Source: Polyangiales bacterium (GTDB lineage Bacteria > Myxococcota_A > Polyangia > Polyangiales > Ga0077539). From it: 64,000 nt of DNA. The stretch is taken from contig JBGARZ010000001.1 in NCBI GenBank assembly GCA_044229975.1, positions 320,001 to 384,000 on the forward strand, in the 5' to 3' direction. The stretch's first letter is position 1. Each line of letters begins with the position of its first letter. Positions 59,744-64,000 of the stretch are shown here, one piece after another. Under the pieces are notes generated by a model. It saw only the letters and a program-made list of their open reading frames with translations. It ran no database searches and had not been told where the DNA came from. The translations under genes were made by a program, and so were the position numbers.

Positions 59744-60760
59744 CTACCGCTCGGCGGCCCGCAGCCGCGCGCGCAGCGAGGCGACCCACGCCTCCCGCAG
59801 CGCCGCGTCGCCCAGCACCGTGAGCCCGTCGATCCACTGCGAGCACCACGCGACGGCCTCGCGCACGTCCACCGGGCCGAAGCGCAGCTCCAGCGAGCCG
59901 TCGGGCGACACCCGCTCCTCCTGCTTCGCGAGCCAACGTCGGTCGCGCACGTACGCCGCCTGCGCCGCGTCGAAGCGCACGTGCACCGTCACCGGCGCGT
60001 CGGACACCGCCGGGCGAACGAGACCGAAGGGCGCGTGCACCAGCTCCTGCGGTCGCGGCCGCGTGTGCACGATGAAGTCCGACGGCCGCTGCGCGCTCGC
60101 GTCGGCCACCCACACGCCGCAGTCGCGCGGCCCCGCGATCACCCGGTCGAGCGCGAAGTTGCGCGCGTCGTCGAGGGACTCCGCCGGGTCGACGAGGCCG
60201 GGGAGGTACACCCGCCGCCCCTCGCGGACGATCACCCCGATGGGCCACACGACGCGCGCCTCGACGCCCGCGTCGCCCGCCCGCGGGCCGCTCGCGCGCC
60301 CGTAGCGCAGCATCACGGCGCGGGGCGGATCGTGCTCGGCGGCGGCGATCCATTTCATGAGGGCCCGCATGTGGTGCTCGTCGAAGACGGGGACGCCGCT
60401 CGCGAAGGCCAGCACCCGCGAGTTGCGGCGGCGGGTGAGAGCGTCGAGGGAGGTTCCTTCGAGGGGGAAGAGACCTTCGAGGAAGCCGCGCGCGAGGGAG
60501 TACGCCGCGCGGTCGACGACGCCCCCGTGCGGCTCGTCGTCGGTGGCCGGGATGAAGAAGGTCTTCCGTGGCGGAGAGCCCGCCGCGACGCCGCGCACCA
60601 CGGTGTACCCGCGGGCCGCGAGGTGCTCGTCGAGGTAGGTCTGGAGCGATCGGCGCGATAGCTCCAGCCGGGCGTCGGCCATCAGCTCGTCGTAGGTGCG
60701 CGGCGCGCGCTGGAGGGTCGCGATGAGGAGGTCGAGCTTGCGTGGGTCGGGGCGGGCCAT
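59744..60760 (-). CDS. WYL-domain transcriptional regulator (HTH-WYL-WCX)
   Basis: N-terminal HTH (TYDELM...LSRRSLQTYL); LRY...RVVWP...VYL...RNFALDRV; WCX-like DGSLELRF...AWCSQW...VLGDAALRE. Confidence 0.8.
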   Translation of the reverse strand: MARPDPRKLDLLIATLQRAPRTYDELMADARLELSRRSLQTYLDEHLAARGYTVVRGVAAGSPPRKTFFIPATDDEPHGGVVDRAAYSLARGFLEGLFPLEGTSLDALTRRRNSRVLAFASGVPVFDEHHMRALMKWIAAAEHDPPRAVMLRYGRASGPRAGDAGVEARVVWPIGVIVREGRRVYLPGLVDPAESLDDARNFALDRVIAGPRDCGVWVADASAQRPSDFIVHTRPRPQELVHAPFGLVRPAVSDAPVTVHVRFDAAQAAYVRDRRWLAKQEERVSPDGSLELRFGPVDVREAVAWCSQWIDGLTVLGDAALREAWVASLRARLRAAER

Positions 60761-60806
60761 GGCGGACGCGCTGCGAGGGTAAGCGCTCGACCGCGGGGAA
60801 GGAGCG

Positions 60807-61844
60807 TCAGCTCATCTTTTCGAGGGTGACCACGCGGTAGGTGTCCGAGCGGTCGACCATGTTGCGGTAGAGGCGGGTGTCGGGGTTGCGGGCGAAGTTC
60901 TTGAGGGCGATCTCGGCCTCGGCGCGCTTGCGCGAGCCCAGCACGGGGATGCGGAAGGCGTGGAAGGCCTCCATGCACTGCTCGACGTAGACGTCGATGC
61001 GGGCCTTGTCCTCGTCGCGGGCCTTCACCGCTTCGGCCGTGACGTCGCACTCCTCACGCAGCTTGAATCCGTTGGCCTCCAGGAACTTGAAGCACGCCCC
61101 CCAGGTGGTGTCGGGGATCGCGTTGCCCCACACGATGAATCCGCCCGGCTTGAGCAGCGCGTGGGCCTTGCGGAAGAAGCGCTCGTCCTCGTTGGTGACG
61201 ACGCCCGCGAGCTCGGTGACGTGGGTCTCGTTGACCGCGACGAAGTCCGCGCTGCCGTCGGGGCGATCGAGATGCGTCGCGTCCGAGCAGGTCGCCTTGA
61301 GCCGGCCGCCGAGCTCGGGGACGAACTTGCGGTGACAGGTGCGAATGGCCGCGTGCTGCATGTCGACGGCTTCGTACGTCGCGCGCTTGAGCACGTTGGA
61401 GCAGACCTGGTGGGCGCCCGCTCCGGTGCCACAGCCCAGCTCGATGATGTGCACCTTGCCGTCGCGCTCGTTGATGTAGTTGCGCACGACGTCGAAGTGG
61501 TAGAGCCCGGTGTACGCGTTGCGCCCGAAGCGCTGGGGGTCGCGCTCCGTGGTGGGGGAGTCACCCCAGGCCGTCGGCCACGTGTAGCCCCAGGTGTTGA
61601 ACGTGAACTCGTACCGATCACCGTGCTCGCTCCGCACCTGCCCCATGGAGCGGTAGAGCGCGTAGAGCAGCGAGTAGAGCGAGCGCTTGTCGTAGTCCTC
61701 CTCGGCGACGTCTCCGTCGCTGAGGGAGATCTTGCTCTTCCGGCTCGCGGCACCACTGAGGATCCAGGCTCCGAGAATGAGCTGGAGCTGGTTGCGCGAA
61801 TAGTCGGAGTGGTTGCTCAAGGCGGTGAGGACGTCCACGGTCAT
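60807..61844 (-). CDS. Class I SAM-dependent methyltransferase resembling mycobacterial lipid/fatty-acid O-methyltransferases
   Basis: FNTWGY, LYH, IELGCGTGAG, AVD, CSDA, LLKPGG, DVT, RLYRNM...YR; AAGGAG RBS. Confidence 0.85.
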   Translation of the reverse strand: MTVDVLTALSNHSDYSRNQLQLILGAWILSGAASRKSKISLSDGDVAEEDYDKRSLYSLLYALYRSMGQVRSEHGDRYEFTFNTWGYTWPTAWGDSPTTERDPQRFGRNAYTGLYHFDVVRNYINERDGKVHIIELGCGTGAGAHQVCSNVLKRATYEAVDMQHAAIRTCHRKFVPELGGRLKATCSDATHLDRPDGSADFVAVNETHVTELAGVVTNEDERFFRKAHALLKPGGFIVWGNAIPDTTWGACFKFLEANGFKLREECDVTAEAVKARDEDKARIDVYVEQCMEAFHAFRIPVLGSRKRAEAEIALKNFARNPDTRLYRNMVDRSDTYRVVTLEKMS

Positions 61845-62157
61845 TCTCCTTAGCGGTCGGTGAACCCGTGGCGCATGGCGCAGCGGGCGGATGAGGGCAG
61901 AGGCGGACGCCTCTCCGCTCCGACTGTCGCAGTGGGAGGGAAGCGCGAACGCTGCCGAGGGGCGCGAGTTGGCCGGTGCCCCTCGCCGGACGGGGCAAGC
62001 TATCGTGACGCGCCCCCCGGCAAGAGCGATTCGTTCGCGACCCTCGTCGATTGCGACAACGGCTGGATATCCGTCGGCTGGGGCCCTTGGGGGGTCCCGC
62101 GCGACGATCGGACCGTGACGACCCGCGCTGGCGGAGTGTGCGGCCCTGACGAGCTGC

Positions 62158-62187
62158 TTTACACCGCTTCGCCCGCGAGCGTAGCGT
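62158..62187 (+). promoter_or_regulatory. Putative sigma70-type promoter for wecE-rfbA
   Basis: TTTACA-N18-TAGCGT, 10 nt before GTG 62198. Confidence 0.5.
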
Positions 62188-62197
62188 TTCGGCCCCG

Positions 62198-63340
62198 GTG
62201 GTCGACGCGCCTGTCATCCCCTTCAACCGCCCCTCCTTCGGGCCCGCCGCCATGGACCACCTCGCCGCCGTGATGCGCAGCGGGCAGACCTGCGGCGACC
62301 GCGCGATCTCGCGCCGCTGCGAAGGCATCCTCGCCGACATCGTCGGGAGCACGCGGGTGTTTCTGACGCCCTCGTGCACGGCGGCGCTGGAGATGTCCGC
62401 GCTGCTGCTCGACATCGGTCCGGGCGACGAGGTCATCGTCCCGAGCTTCACGTTCACGTCGTCGGCCAACGCCTTTGCGTTGCTGGGCGCGCGACCGGTC
62501 TTTGTCGACAGTCGCCCCGACACGCTCAACCTCGACGCCTCGAAGCTCGACGCGCTCGTCACCGAGCGCACGCGCGCCATCGTGGTGATGCACTACGCAG
62601 GCGTCGGCGGCGAGATGGATGCCATCACGGACCTCGCACGCCGACGAGGCATCGCCGTGGTGGAGGACAACGCCCATGGGCTCATGGGGTCTCTCGGCGG
62701 CAGAGCGCTCGGGTCGTTTGGCGTGATGTCCACCGCGAGCTTCCACGAGACCAAGAACCTCGCGTGCGGCGAGGGCGGCGCCCTCTTCGTCAACGACCCG
62801 GCCCTCGTCGAGCGCGCGGAGATGGTGCGCGAGAAGGGCACCAACCGCGGGCGCTTCCTGCGCGGCGAGGTGGACAAGTATTCGTGGGTCGATCGCGGAT
62901 CGAGCTGGCTGCTGCCCGACCTGCTCGCCGCCGTGCTCCTCGATCAGCTCGAACGTCGCCACGAGATCCAGTCCGCCCGCGCCGCGTGCTGGAACACCTA
63001 CGCTCGCGAGCTCTCGTCGTGGGCCGCGGCCAACGGCGTCGGCCTGCCCTTCGTTCCGCCGTCGGCCAGGCACCCGTCGCACCTCTTCTGGTTGACGCTG
63101 CCGAGCGAGGACTCGGCGACCGCCTTCATCGCGCACCTGCGAGCGCGAGGCGTCATGTCGGTGCGCCACTACGTCCCGCTGCACCTGTCGGACATGGGCC
63201 GGCGCTTCGGTGGCAAGGAAGGCGACTGCCCCGTGGTGGAGGACTTCGCCTCGCGGCTGGTGCGGTTGCCGCTCTACGCGACCATCACCGCGGAGGAGAC
63301 GGCGCGCGTGGTCGAGGCGTGCGTGAGGTTCAGGCCGTGA
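62198..63340 (+). CDS. wecE: dTDP-4-amino-4,6-dideoxygalactose transaminase (DegT/DnrJ family)
   Basis: [41 protein letters not shown] (PLP Lys), GEGG, REKGTNR, VDKYSW, HYVPLH. Confidence 0.92.
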   Translation: MVDAPVIPFNRPSFGPAAMDHLAAVMRSGQTCGDRAISRRCEGILADIVGSTRVFLTPSCTAALEMSALLLDIGPGDEVIVPSFTFTSSANAFALLGARPVFVDSRPDTLNLDASKLDALVTERTRAIVVMHYAGVGGEMDAITDLARRRGIAVVEDNAHGLMGSLGGRALGSFGVMSTASFHETKNLACGEGGALFVNDPALVERAEMVREKGTNRGRFLRGEVDKYSWVDRGSSWLLPDLLAAVLLDQLERRHEIQSARAACWNTYARELSSWAAANGVGLPFVPPSARHPSHLFWLTLPSEDSATAFIAHLRARGVMSVRHYVPLHLSDMGRRFGGKEGDCPVVEDFASRLVRLPLYATITAEETARVVEACVRFRP

Positions 63341-64000
63341 GCGGCGTGAAGGGCATCCTGCTGGCGGGCGGCAAGGGAACGCGGCTCTATCCGTTGACGG
63401 CCATCGTGAGCAAGCAGCTCCAGCCCATCTACGACAAGCCGATGGTCTACTACTCGCTCACGACGCTCATCGTGGCGGGCATCCGCGAGGTGCTGCTCAT
63501 CTCGTCGCCGGAGGACGTTCCGCGCTTCGAGGCGCTGCTCGGCGACGGGTCGCGCTGGGGGCTGAGCATCTCGTACGCGGTGCAGGTCGAGCCGCGAGGC
63601 ATCGCCGAGGCGCTGGTGCTGGGCGCGGAGTTTCTGGGCGACGACCCGTGCGTGCTGATGCTGGGCGACAACCTGCTCTACGGGCGGCTCGATTTCCTCC
63701 GTGAGGCCATCGCGGAGAACGGCGACGGCGCGACAGTGTTCGCCTACAAGGTGGCCGACCCGAGCGCGTACGGCGTGGTGGAGTTCGATGCGGGGCTGCG
63801 GGCGGTGTCGCTGGAGGAGAAGCCGCGCTCACCGCGCTCGGCGTGGGCGGTGCCGGGGCTCTACATCTACGGACCGGGCGTGGCGGCGCGGGCGGCGACG
63901 GTGAAGCCGTCGGCGCGAGGCGAGCTGGAGATCACCGACCTCAACCGGATGTACCTCGACGAGGGGCGGCTGCTCGCGCGACCGATGGGGCGCGGCATCG
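63337..64000 (+). CDS. rfbA: Glucose-1-phosphate thymidylyltransferase, truncated at the right edge
   Basis: Not in the ORF track. GTG 63337 overlaps the wecE stop; [35 protein letters not shown]...LGDNL...EEKP...[11 protein letters not shown]. Confidence 0.95.
   Translation, partial: MSGVKGILLAGGKGTRLYPLTAIVSKQLQPIYDKPMVYYSLTTLIVAGIREVLLISSPEDVPRFEALLGDGSRWGLSISYAVQVEPRGIAEALVLGAEFLGDDPCVLMLGDNLLYGRLDFLREAIAENGDGATVFAYKVADPSAYGVVEFDAGLRAVSLEEKPRSPRSAWAVPGLYIYGPGVAARAATVKPSARGELEITDLNRMYLDEGRLLARPMGRGI

Noticed and set aside
61951..61990. GCTGCCGAGGGGCGC resembles the start of an SAH riboswitch next to a methyltransferase
   Set aside because: It is on the wrong strand for the methyltransferase and the downstream conserved elements are missing.

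Overview
High-GC (about 70% by eye) bacterial chromosome segment. Gene content points to a myxobacterium (Myxococcota, probably Polyangia-like): myxococcal Cys-rich repeats, a MYXO-CTERM-like tail, a TSP3/OmpA protein, tandem Hanks kinases, PEGA, AgmX/PglI-type C-terminal domains and a ferritin-like lipoprotein. About 53 densely packed CDSs. Housekeeping genes (erpA-like, scoAB, yebC, phosphosugar mutase, yggS, maf, pyrD, lon, secA, mutL, wecE, rfbA) alternate with many exported or lipoproteins of unknown function. I saw no rRNA, tRNA, CRISPR array, transposase or integrase. Four CDSs were read directly from the sequence because the ORF track lacks them: the large repeat protein running off the left edge, rfbA running off the right edge, a 58-aa DUF1059-like gene and a possible 47-aa gene. 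No single unmistakable novel multi-gene system stands out. The best leads are: a CCA-enzyme-like HD protein with no polymerase head; an H-NOBA-like/GAF/PAS/PP2C phosphatase with no H-NOX partner; a sigma54-driven exported ferritin-like lipoprotein; a head-to-head pair of paralogous GT-C glycosyltransferases; a DUF1059/EAL-CBS pair behind a structured leader; a surface-protein/Fe-S gene cluster with overlapping start/stop codons; and repeated signs of leaderless transcription. All family assignments come from motif recognition by eye, not database searches.
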